A stretch of 62,948 nucleotides of DNA, filler included, from Neoconidiobolus thromboides FSU 785 (Eukaryota > Fungi > Entomophthoromycota): assembly GCA_025603075.1 (NCBI GenBank). It is 4 parts of 4 records of this genome, joined end to end, with 100 filler letters (N's around TTAATTAATTAA, not from the genome) between each part and the next. Parts side by side here need not be neighbours in the genome. Positions count along the whole stretch, not along the records: positions 38,219 to 56,202 come from MU626571.1; positions 56,303 to 62,948 come from MU626721.1; 2 more parts are not named here. The stretch is one strand, 5' to 3'. Below the pieces are notes generated by a model. It did no database searches. It saw only the letters and a list, made by a program, of their open reading frames with translations, and had not been told where the DNA came from. Of this stretch, positions 51,668-62,948 are shown piece by piece. The position numbers were made by a program, and so were the translations under genes. Every line of letters begins with the position of its first letter. The first letter of the stretch is position 1.

Positions 51668-52165
51668 TTAGTTTAGTTACTTTAAATAGTTCTCTAGCCA
51701 ATCACTCTATGATCTATTATGCTTAATTAAGTACCTAAGAAATGGTTGATGTTTCACTAAGGACCAATCAATTCAACTTGATTTTAATGTAATATTTTGG
51801 TGAGTTAAGTTATTCGCTAAAATGAGGAATTGAGATTGAAAAGGAAATTTGATTTAAATATTGAATAATGATAATTCAAGTAAAATGAACAAATAAATGC
51901 TTCATTTTTAAAAAACATTAAAATAATTATAACTCGAGGTGTTACGGAATAATAACAATAAATAATTCAAATTATAAATTATTATCTAAAATGCTGCTTA
52001 TCAATGGTTTATCTGCCACACCTTCCACCTTCCATCTTTGTTGAAAAACACACCAAATTAAATCCAATGTTAATTAAATTAAGCTACATCTTTTATATTA
52101 AGTTTGTTACTTCATTTTAATAATAGCCAATAAAAAAGAAATCTCGAAAAACTTTTTATTAAAAA

Positions 52166-54003
52166 ATGCACTTTTTATTAAAATTCTTAACTCGTTCAAA
52201 AAATCCAAGTTGGAAGCTTTTAAACTCAAAAATACATTTTAATAGGATGAGTCAAATTACCGATAATAAAGATATGTCATTAAATAATACCAAAGATGAA
52301 TCAAACTCAACATCAATTGAACAAGCTACTGAAATCAAAAGTGAGCAGAATGAAGATTCAAAAGACGATAATGAGAATCAAAAAAAAAAGTTTAAAACTG
52401 CTAAAGACCGTCGAATCAATTTTATGAAAAATAAAATGAAAGATTGGGATCATAGTAATGAAGGTCGAGTTAAGTCAGATGAACCTAGAAAACCAAAGAA
52501 AAAAGTAGCTTTACTTATGGGTTTTTCAGGTGCCAACTATCAGGGTATGCAAGTGTAAGAGTTACTAAGCAAAGTTAGATTGCTTTTATTAATGCTTAAT
52601 TAGAAATCCTGGCGCAAAAACTATCGAACAGGATCTCTTTGATGCTTTGTGTAAAATTGGTGCTGTTTCTAAAGATAACTCAGACGATATTAGAAAGGTA
52701 AATCAGTATTAAAAGTGGTAAAACAATGATTTATTAGCTAGGTTGGGTTTATGAGAGCAGCAAGAACTGATAAAGGAGTATCAGCAGCTGGACAAGTAGT
52801 ATCATTTAAAATGATTATCGAAGATGATACAATCAAAAACCTTAATGAAGCCTTACCTGATGAGATTGAAGTTTTTGGTAATAAATTTTCAATTAATAAG
52901 TGCATTTAGACTAAGATTTTAGGCTATGTAAGAACTCAAAAATCGTTCCATGCCAAAAATTTGTGTGATTCAAGGGTATATGAGTATTTATTACCAACTT
53001 ATGTTTTCACACCCCCAAAAACCTATCCAAAAGTTGATGTAACAAACCCTAAAGATATGCCTCCTTGTACTCCTCAAGAAATTGAAGAATTTTATCAATT
53101 TAGACTTACTCAAGATATGTTACAAAGAATTCAAGAAGCTTTAGATCTTTATAAAGGCACTCATAACTTTCATAATTTTACCATTAAAAGACAGTTTAGT
53201 GAACAAGCTTCTAATAGATTCATCCATTCTTTCAAGGTAATTAATAATAGTTATAAAACTATTTGTTTGTTCATCTTTTTTATAGATAAGCCAACCTTTT
53301 ATTAGAGACGGCCTCGAATGGGTTTCTTTAAAAGTTCATGGTCAATCTTTTATGATGCACCAAATTCGTAAAATGATAGGTAAATTATATTACTTGTTAT
53401 TATTTATATTATTATTTAATATAATATTTACTAGCTATGGTTATTATGGTTGTACGTTCAGAAACACCGATTGATATCATTCAAAAAGCATTCGGTGATG
53501 TTAAGATTAGCATACCTAAAGTACCTGGTCTTGGTTTATTATTAGAAAAAGTAATTAATTTTTAGAGTTTGTTTGATTATACATTTATTTAATTTTCTAG
53601 CCTGTTTATGATATCTACAATAAAAAGATGAAAGATAAGCAAGAAACTGGGGAGCTTGGAGAACTTAGTTTTACACCTTATGAAGTAAGCTGTAGTTTAA
53701 ATAACGTTGATCTTTATTTAATTTTTTGTAGGAGGAAATGGAAGCATTTAAACACAAAATGATTTATCCCACTATTTATAAGGTTGAAAAGGGAGAGAAA
53801 GTGTAAGTATTATATTTACTATAAGTTAAAATATTAATTCTAGTCTATATAGATTTGCTGAGTTCATTAAAAGTGTAGACTGTTATAAAGAGCACTTTAC
53901 TTATCTTAATAAGGAAGGTATTTTATATGCTAGAACTGAAGAAAGTAAGGATAGCAATGGTGTTTTATCCCAAGATGAAGATGAAGATGAAAGAGAAGAC
54001 TGA
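52166..54003 (+). CDS. PUS1: tRNA pseudouridine synthase 1 (TruA family), multi-exon
   Basis: [39 protein letters not shown] (catalytic Asp), [19 protein letters not shown] and [13 protein letters not shown]. Confidence 0.93.
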
Positions 54004-54399
54004 AATATTTAATATAGAGGAATAAATAGATAAGATGAGGATTAACTCATTGACTTTTTGTAATCTTGGACCAAGTAATTGATAAAATACTAATTATTAT
54101 TTAAAAAGTTGACAAAAAATTACCTACTTAACTATTGCCTAACTCTGAGTTAAATATATTAACACAATCAAACTTATCAGAGATTTTCCTTTGGCATTTT
54201 AATTATTTTTCCTTTTGTTCTATCGCACTTACTCGGCTATCATTGGCATCAACTTTTGTTTCTTTTCTTACTTAATCAATAGACAAAACCAAAAAACAAT
54301 TGAAGATCACCTCATAAGGTTGAACAAAAACATCTAACATAGCAATAGTCCACCAAAGTTTACTAAAAGCATTGGATTTTATAGTATGTCTAAAATAAA

Positions 54400-55667
54400 T
54401 TAAAAACATGCTGTATAATAGTATAAATCTTTTTGTTCAATCATTGAATAGTTCAATAATTGTTGATCATAACTATCGTAATAAAAATGCAAGTGACAAT
54501 TTAAGTGTTGTTTTTAATATTGAACCATTATCAAATTCCCGCTTATTATATTTGATCATTTTGATTAATGCTGCTTTTACCCAAGCAAAATGATCGTTTT
54601 CCATACATATAATACTTATGATAAAATAACCACCAACTCATTTACTAAACTTCTTAATATATAATTGGTCTACTTCATTAAATTGTACATTTTCAAGCTT
54701 TAATAAACTATGGTTAATAGTTATATGTAAAACATAAAATAACTTCAATTTTTTGACTCATGATTTTACTTGTTAATAACACTTGTATCAGAATTTAATG
54801 AATAATGTAATACAAATTCATTTATAAACGGTATCAGTCTTGGTAGAGTTAATTAGAGAAAGGTCCTTATTATCGAATCAAAGCGTTGATAATGTAATAT
54901 AGTAACAACTATTTTGAGCTCCTGCATTTGTTTTTTCAATTATTTTAATTCGATTTTCTTTGGATATTTATTAAATGAATTAGATCCATTTACAAACTAT
55001 TGAATTCCATCTTTGATTTTTTAATTATATTCGTATCATAGTCGTTTGTAGCTACATTTTTAGAATAGTTTGACAAATTTAAAGATAAATAAATATAGGA
55101 GACTAGCTCCTCGGTAATACACGAGTTACCCTTGACTATCAATTTAAAGTTTAATTTCCGAGCTCTTTTAACAACCCGTATCTAAACACATAGCGCAAAT
55201 GAGTCCATCATCCTTACTATTGTTAATTGGTACTTGAATAAGCTCGTTATCTTTTTGGTCAAAAATAAAACAAGTGCTTCAATAAAAGAATCTCCTAACG
55301 AAATTTGATCTGTCATACTATATGATATAGACTTTACATTTTGCTTTAATAGTTAGTTTTCAAAAAATTCAATTTTATTTCATCTTTGTTTTGGAATTTA
55401 TTTAAGCAATAACCTAAAGCCTTAAGTTGGTTCTATTGGCATATCTTTGATTGTAGATATCTATGATCAATTTTACAAAAATCTTCATTAAAAACTACTT
55501 ATCATGTTTGAATACCTTTCGTTTATATTGTTATAACATACATCAATGTCTTTATCTGAGCCACAGATTTGATTTAGTATTTTGGATTCAAAAATGTTGT
55601 GTTTATATTTTATATCATTATTTTGACTTGTTTTGATTTGATCTCCTGCTATTTCACAATCATTCAT
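54400..55667 (-). pseudogene. Possible decayed F-box/RNI-like gene (boundaries approximate)
   Basis: Coding-like N/I/K/L-rich frames starting MNDCEIAGDQIK at 55667 are broken by several stops and frameshifts. One segment is F-box-like (LQSKICQ*NQLKALGYCLNKF). Confidence 0.3.
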
Positions 55668-56202
55668 AATATGTATTATTTTGTATTAGTTTTTTAAAGA
55701 GAGGAGGGATTTAAAAGAGGAGCTCTTAATTAAATTATCCTTTTATGATGCTTTTTTATTTTTAATTTAATTGGCTTTTAAACTTACTATTACTGTTATC
55801 ATATTATATCCACAGTATATATTATTACCGATAATGCTTACATTAACAAGATTTTAATTAATTTTATTTATCGGCTTTAATAGTACAAAATAATTTCTTT
55901 AAACAAACTTATTATGCCATTTAAATAATGTATGTTAATTATTACAAGCTGATAAATCTACTTAACTAAAAACGTGATCCTAATAACTAAATGAAATTTC
56001 GTATTACGTATTTTAGCTTACATGCATACTTTACTAACAGTGATAATAATAGATAAAGTACTACCCCTTATTCACTTATGTATGTATTGTATATCTCAGG
56101 GTACATCATTTTATTGTTCTTCATTTGAAGTAAAAACATAGAGTGCCATAATAGCCAAAAGCGCCACCTTTAGCTTTGGATAATCGTTTAGAAGTATAGT
56201 AA

Positions 56203-56302
56203 NNNNNNNNNNNNNNNNNNNNNNNNNNNNNNNNNNNNNNNNNNNNTTAATTAATTAANNNNNNNNNNNNNNNNNNNNNNNNNNNNNNNNNNNNNNNNNN
56301 NN
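56203..56302. other. Artificial contig linker
   Basis: N44-TTAATTAATTAA-N44. Confidence 0.95.
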
Positions 56303-56356
56303 CAAAATATTTAAAAATTAGATAAAACAATGAAACTAATTTAGACAACCCCAATA
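56303..56356 (-). mobile_element. Family B TIR-element terminus emerging from the gap
   Basis: The reverse complement GGGGTTGTCTAAATTAGTTTCATTGTTTTATCTAATTTTT matches 38053 onward. Confidence 0.6.
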
Positions 56357-58248
56357 TTAAAAAAAATAAGGGAGGGGATGGTAGCTAAGAATTCTACATG
56401 TGGGCTTAACAAAAATGAAAATTCTCAACATAAAAAAGGGGTGGATACTTTTTTATATTGTTAAAAAATATCAATAAAGTTAAGCTTTTTAGATGACATC
56501 TATAACTAGAATAGTCAAAAGATATCACTTTAATCCAAGCACAGTTTTTGTTGGATTGATTCTTCGATTACCCAGGGAACTTGATTAATCCTTCTTTTTA
56601 GCCTTTAGTTTTCTGGCGATCCCATATGATAATTAGAAATTTGAAAATATTTTTCAGTGCTATATTTTGTATTTAGATTTAGATTTGACTCATGATCCAT
56701 TTTGTCAACAAGAGAAATAAGGGAAAAACTCAACATAATCCCTTTATCCTATCAATAGGACATATAAAGCGCGTTTTCAAAATGGCTTTATTGGATATGT
56801 ACTTAAGAGAGATAAAAGTCAAGTTACTTAATTAAATCTCAAAAATTTCAATGAAACAAAGTCTACAACGTTACATCCTTGCAATACATATGGACAATAT
56901 TTTAAATATTTTACAGTGTTTAAACACAAAAAATGAAAATAAAGAGTTGAAGGTATCTTAGCTTATTTTAGAATATATATAGGTATAAGAGAGCTATAGC
57001 TATAGATGATTGGTTGATTGATTAGCAATGGTATGAATTGACAATTTTTTGATATAATTTTAAAGTTATTTATTGAAAGTAGATGGAAAGTGTTTAGCAT
57101 TGTTTACAGAAAAAAAATCGATTTTGATTCTTTACATGTTAATCTAAAACTGATTATCTTAGTTCGTGGTTTAACTTGGTCACCAAAAACCAAGCTGTTA
57201 ACTAAACTTTTGAATTAAGTCAATTGTTATGTTAGCCTCGATTTTAATAATCCTAGTAATAATCCCATCTCTTTCTCTAGCCTAAAAGCCATTGCTCTTA
57301 TTCTAATTCGTCTTAAAGGTTCTCCCTATGTTAATCGCAAGCATGCCATATTATTAATCATTGGTAAAAGAATCACAGGGACTATTGGGGTAAATAAAGT
57401 ATATAAATCCAATTGTAAACTAAGTATAGAGAGAGTTAGCGTATCAGGTCTTTGTTTTTGGTTCAATGTCTAACTTAATATCGGAATATGATGCAACAGT
57501 GTTGCAATTCAAAATACCAAAACCAGAGTATAATCTTAGGCTCAGCAGCATTAATTTAAGTTCACTTGATATTCATTGTACATTATGTTTGGTTTTAAAT
57601 GAATTTTTTATCCAGTTTTCAGATATTATATTCACCCTATCATGTATTTAACAGTTACTTGTCATTACACTAAACGAAGTTGGTAAGCATCTAAATCATT
57701 CTAAAAAGTTAAAATATAGACTGCGGCATATTTCACAAAGTATAAATGTTAGACTAAATAAATTAGCAACAGGGCCTCATTCCCCATTAAATAGAATTGA
57801 AGATTTAATAATGCCACTGAATTGTTTTCTTTCGTTGAGTTTTATGTAGTTGCTTTTAATTTTTATTGTTTTAATAATATTCTCGATAGTAAAACCTTGA
57901 CTATCAAAAATTTATTAAACAAGACCTTATTTAAATGTTATGTACTCTAAATTATTCTATTAAAGTGAGAGAAGAGTGTATGATTAATGATGTTATTCCA
58001 TTTGTTACTTGAAGTACTATATTTTTAATAAAATATTTGATTGATGGATCTAAAGAATAGAAAGTGTTTAATTCTTTTGGAACAAAGCATAGATAAAGTT
58101 AGTTTATTAGTTAAATGCTCTGCTTTTAAAGCTACTGCTATGCTTAATTTTAAAATTATTCAACTTATCAAATCATTGTTAATTTGACATTTGAAGAGGA
58201 AAGCGAAATAGTACATATAATTTATAGCTAAGTTTATTTATTTTAAAC

Positions 58249-58923
58249 TTAATATTTAGTATTGCGTCCTTTCCTTAACTGGATATCAACTCCTTTAGGC
58301 AGCTCAAAATCAGTATCGAACCATGAACCGCCAGTGTCATTTTCTGTATTTGAAGACAAGGGAGTTACTTTGCCAAAATTTCCGAAATCTATCTTTGACC
58401 CAATTAAGTTAGCAGCTTTACCAAAACTACTGCCTTCATTCTTTTGGACTTTATTTTCATTTCCGTTTTGGTCCGTATCTATATTTGTATTTATATTTTC
58501 TACTGCTTGGTCTCCCAACCATACAATATTGCAATCATTAATAGAAACTACCCCAATACCTGACCATTTTTTTTGAGTTACAATATCACTCTCTTTGGAC
58601 TCTAAAGTTCCACTCTCATTTTTAACATAAATTAATTCAGTAGTATTTCCCTTGTACCCCGAAATTGTATCCACCACTTGTTTACATCCATTGTTGTTGG
58701 AGTAACTACACTCATAGCTGCCATACCAGTTATGGTCTATATCTTTTGAATAATCTTGTAAGTTTAGACAGTGAGCTGAAGCTAGCTTGGTTAATTTAGG
58801 ATCTTCAACTAATGGAGTTAAGCTAGCAACTGCTCGCTTTTCATTGATAGATTCAAGCAGCAGGGAGCGAGTGTTGAATGTTAATATGAAGTTTAAGAAC
58901 GGTAATAACACCCAAAGTTTCAT
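58249..58923 (-). CDS. Secreted divergent CAP/SCP (PR-1-like) domain protein with low-complexity tail
   Basis: Signal peptide, then LLESINEKRAVASLTPLVEDPKLTKLASAH (CAP N-terminal pattern) and WSGIGV...VWLGD. Intronless. Confidence 0.6.
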   Translation of the reverse strand: MKLWVLLPFLNFILTFNTRSLLLESINEKRAVASLTPLVEDPKLTKLASAHCLNLQDYSKDIDHNWYGSYECSYSNNNGCKQVVDTISGYKGNTTELIYVKNESGTLESKESDIVTQKKWSGIGVVSINDCNIVWLGDQAVENINTNIDTDQNGNENKVQKNEGSSFGKAANLIGSKIDFGNFGKVTPLSSNTENDTGGSWFDTDFELPKGVDIQLRKGRNTKY

Positions 58924-59669
58924 CGTTTATTTGATCCACAAATAACGCTATTAAAGTTGGGAAACAGAATGGGGTCTATGAGGCTTTATATGCTTTATAA
59001 ACATTGAGTGTAATTACTACTTTAAGTTCAACTAATTAATTGACTAAATTTATGTTTTTTCTAGAACTTTGATTGAGTTGTGATTCGATTTGTGAAATTT
59101 CGGGAAAAAATGGAGGTTATACTTGTTTTTAATCAAAATTGTATCTATATTGCAAAATAGACTTGCTTTCTTTTTAATAGTTTGACTTTTTCAACATAAC
59201 TAATAGTACGAAACTTTCATATCAATTTTATATTTAAAATTGCTTTATTTCAAGACCAGTTATCATGTTGTCAACTCAATCAATGACATTAATAGATTAA
59301 CATTTGTTTATATCAAAAGTATTTAAAATGTTTTAGTTTAATTAATTTTAATAACCAATATAACTTATAACATTATAAAAATAAATTAATGTTCTTAAAT
59401 GCTAAAAATGGTTCAAAAACTAACAACAAAAAGGCAGAAATTTATAGTTATGTAACAAATTCTGATGAAAGCAGTGACTATTATTCTAAGACTGTTTTTT
59501 TATCAATGTATAATATGGGTAAGTTTAAAAGCTTAGTTGAAATTAAGGACAAAATTTTCCATTCTTTATATAGTGTGAATTTTTTGAAAAAATCTTAATG
59601 AAAAATGTTCTCATAAGTAACTTTAAAATTAAGCAAAAAAGCAAAAAAAATTGTAGCATTTTGTGCTTA

Positions 59670-59775
59670 ATTTGGGAATGTTTTTTTGGCTTTATTACTT
59701 TTTCCATCTTTTAAGCACTACTTGAGTGGAAAAATTGTTAGTAAAATTCTTAAATACAAAAATACATCCCCATTT
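59670..59775 (-). mobile_element. MITE family A copy 17, with non-palindromic direct flanks ATTT/ATTT
   Basis: attt-GGGAATGTTTTTTT...AAAATACATCCCC-attt. Confidence 0.8.
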
Positions 59776-61776
59776 GGAGTTCTTACTAAAATTTAACTTG
59801 GCTAAAAATTGAACTGTCTTTAAACTAACCAATATTAAAAAAAGTAGATCTGTAAAAAATAAAATTGAGTGGTCGAAGCAGTTATAATTATTTTGGAAAC
59901 ACCTATAAAAAGCAGTGTTTATTGATCAAGCATCAAATAATGGAATTAAAAAAGATCAAATTATCATAGCAACAGAAGTGATTAGATTAAAAGAGCTCTT
60001 GTAAAAAGCGATTTCTGTTTTTTTAGATTTATAAAATACTTATTGAAGTAGAGTTCATTTCAAGAAGACTTTTCACTAAAAAAAATTCGAAATGTGGAAG
60101 AACCAGATTGTAAACTACAAAGTAGCCAACAATATCGTTACGGAATAATATAGATAATATATTCATTTATTACTAGGAATCATGGATCTTGGAAAGAAAA
60201 TAACCCGGGTTTGGTTGCAGATTTTTTCAAGAAATAACAATATGCAAATCAGTTTTTTAATACCAACTATTAAAAAAACAAAGGACGCTTTGAAAACAAA
60301 TTTTATGGCTTATGAGAAAAAGGCGGGATTTCAAATACATTTAAATTTAAGTATAAGTATCATGACTTTGCTTTTTTTATAATAGCTTTTTGTTGTCGAA
60401 AATAAACAAATAAATATTTTATAAACCTATCAAAAAATTAGTGCTATTTATATACTGAGCTCTTTAAAAAATAGTAAGAATGGGTTATTTTTAGAATTCT
60501 TGACAATAAGTTGGTATTCAAGTGATTGTGTTGTAAATGGGATGCTATTAAATCAAATAATAATAAGGATCAAGCTGCTATTCATAAAAAGTACAATCGT
60601 TTCGTACTTTAAGCGATGTTGGTCAAATGTCAATAACTTTTAGACCAACTTGATGAAAGCCCATATTCTAAAGTCAACAAACGATTGACAATGTCAAATA
60701 AAACTAGAGTTCTATCAAATGCTGCTGCACAGCCTAGAATAGGTATAATGATCCGCCATTAGAATATATTAACGGGATTATGACTTTTTGTAAAAGTTTT
60801 ACTTTGAAGTTCCATTGCACTTCAAATGATAGTTTTGGTTGATTTTTTATAAATAATGATGAATGGTCATACTGGATTAAAAGAAGAACTAAAAAGAGAA
60901 ACAATACATATTTGCATCTATAGAATGCTTATAGTGTTGCTACTGATATTGATAATGATGTCCGTATTTTCTATTCAATTGTAATAGATACGATAATGTC
61001 TATAGTAAAATTATACTAAAATGATAATAAAAGAAAGTGACCGGATTGTTGAGAGCTATGAATATGATTTTATACACTAAGATGTATTCATGATTATGAA
61101 CAATATGATATTGATATATTTAAATAAGCCATGAAATTTTAAAAATAATTACAAAACTATAAAATTTTATTAAGAAACTTTAACTTACTGCGAATAAGTT
61201 TCTTTAAATTGACATTGACAAATACTATTCACTACAATAAATTAAAGTCAATGATTGAAACAAGCCAAATATTTATAGATGATAAATAGTGCTAGTGATT
61301 ATAAGATTACTAAAATGCTACTATTATAAACACAATCAATGATATTTTTTATAATTTAAAAGTTAAGGGCAAGGTATACTCAAATTTGAACCATCCGTTA
61401 TTAAAAAAATAGAAATCGTTTCAAGAGTAAATGGTCTAGTTTTATGAAGGAAGATAAAAGCAGAATATAAATAGGTGTATGTCAACTATGTATCCTTTGG
61501 AAGTATAGTTTGGTTTGTAAAAAGTTTGTGAACAATTTACAAATCTACGTGAAAATTGAGAATATGCAGTCCTTTCAAGTAAATGAAATAGAAGGGATGG
61601 TCTAATTTAGAAGTATAGGGGATTAACTGATTGTCAAGTGATCACGATTATGATGTGTAAACAAAACAAAGATGCGAAAAAAATACAAAACAATTTGTGT
61701 TATGGTCATCACTTATAAAATACTAAAACTATCAAACATTAAAAAAGCAAAAAAAAAAGAATTTGTTTTTTAATCT

Positions 61777-62449
61777 ATGAAAAATCAGATTCTTATCTTC
61801 ATAGTCTGTAAATAAGTAATGATCTCAAATCAAATCATAATTCCACTAACTATTAATCAATTATTTATAGTGAATGGTAATAGAATACTATCGGGATCCA
61901 GAAATAGAAACATAAGCTATTTACATGATTTTCATTTAGAATCGCATTATACTTTCAAGCATAGCCTTGATCAAGTCTGTTATAAAGTAATGCTTTATGG
62001 TGATAATAAGCTAAGAAAAGAATTTAAAAGAGCCCTGATTTGTACATATATTATTCGAGTATTTTTGCTGTTACCTTTGGTATTCGGTGTGTTGTTTGAG
62101 GCTGCATATATTTTCCTAGGTCGAGTGCTTTGTCCTTATTACTCCTTAGTTATCTTCCTTGGGTCCTTCATTAGTACTAGCATTCAAATTTACGTAATAC
62201 TATCAAAATTTACCATTATTTTGTTGATCAAATTTTTAGCTTTTGATTCATTACCTAAGATCGATACATGATACTGGAGCTTATTTGAAATTAAATAAAC
62301 GCCAGATTCCATATTTGGAAGCTAATGAAAGGGCAAGTTATCAATTGGAAGTTGTAAGGGTAAGATATCAACCTCAAGCTGAAGGTATAAACTGTACTCT
62401 GTCACCACCAAATTATAGTCAGGCTGTTAATGCTCCACCTGGTTATTAG
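61777..62449 (+). CDS. Small multi-pass membrane protein with C-terminal PPxY motifs (3 exons inferred)
   Basis: A GT-AG intron at ~62193-62238 joins the two track ORFs in frame (SIQIY/LLIHYLRSIH). There are hydrophobic segments and a tail PPNYSQAVNAPPGY. The 5' exon from ATG 61777 is tentative. Confidence 0.45.
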
Positions 62450-62524
62450 TCCGCCACTTATTAATATCTTTTAGTTTTGTAAATAATTATTTTAGTTGTT
62501 TGGTAATTAGCCTTTTCATTTATT

Positions 62525-62629
62525 GTATGGGGGTGCTTTTTTGGCTTCATCACCTTTTCTATCTTTTAAGCGCTGTTTAAGTGGAGAATTGTTAATAAAA
62601 TTGTTAAACCTAAAAATACATCCTCATAT
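62525..62629 (-). mobile_element. MITE family A copy 18
   Basis: gtat-GGGGGTGCTTTTTTGG...AAAATACATCCTC-atat. Confidence 0.75.
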
Positions 62630-62819
62630 ACTATTCAAAAAATAAATAATAATAAACATCCTTAACATAGCCTGTTGTTCTAACATTAGTATATAAAAAT
62701 GATAATAGAATATTTAAAATATTTAAATACAATGGACATTATTGTTCTTAGCAGCAAAACTAATCCAATGAGTTGATATACAAACTACAGCCTATAAGCT
62801 AAAACAACCCTATTTATAG

Positions 62820-62845
62820 ATATGGGGTTGTCCAAATTAGTTTTA
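62820..62845 (+). mobile_element. Family B-related TIR terminus (internal sequence differs; continues to the window end)
   Basis: atat-GGGGTTGTCCAAATTAGTTT. Confidence 0.5.
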
Positions 62846-62948
62846 GACTTTACAGAAATTAATCCAAATTTTATTTTTGAATTTGTGTCTAATGTGACGG
62901 TTAAATCTAAAAAGCCTAAAATTAAATCTCTTTATTTAAAACTTTCAT

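Noticed and set aside
56110-56202. Possible last exon (YYTSKRLSKAKGGAFGYYGTLCFYFK*) on the - strand at the contig end
   Set aside because: It is too short to assign and any upstream part is in the gap.
56900-57900. Coding-like fragments with many stops (similar ones at 22500-23400, 27270-27560 and 60480-61100)
   Set aside because: No recognisable protein or transposase motif was found, so they cannot be supported as pseudogenes without a homology search.

Overview
A very AT-rich eukaryotic window with short (~35-60 nt) introns. Gene content (F-box/RNI protein, secreted S1 protease, GMC oxidoreductase, CYP, GH5) suggests an early-diverging fungus, probably Conidiobolus-like/Entomophthoromycotina (inference only). 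Three identical 100-nt N44-TTAATTAATTAA-N44 linkers split it into four contigs (1-24357, 24458-38118, 38219-56202, 56303-62948), so adjacency across them is unproven. Contigs 1 and 3 are gene-dense housekeeping segments: GH5 exoglucanase, tRNA-Ser, tRNA-Arg, CLASP-like protein, PGM2, SGF29, FAP7/AK6, SUP35, LYRM5, UBX protein, NUP188, TIF35, TatD, VTS1 and PUS1, many in head-to-head pairs. Contigs 2 and 4 look accessory: a 3.2-kb tandem duplication with orphan ORFs, a siderophore-type MFS gene with one in-frame TGA, an intact CYP and a divergent CAP protein. The main unexplained structure is a ~105-bp MITE family. I count 18 copies, all outside exons, with GRG...CYC termini and 4-bp AT-rich target duplications (Sola2-like). 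A related TIR family runs into two assembly gaps. Other highlights are a protease with an elastase-type S1 pocket and a 59-aa Q/W/P/E repeat insert, and two tandem symmetric 33-nt microexons in SUP35. Exon boundaries and family calls come from manual reading and motif recognition, not database searches.
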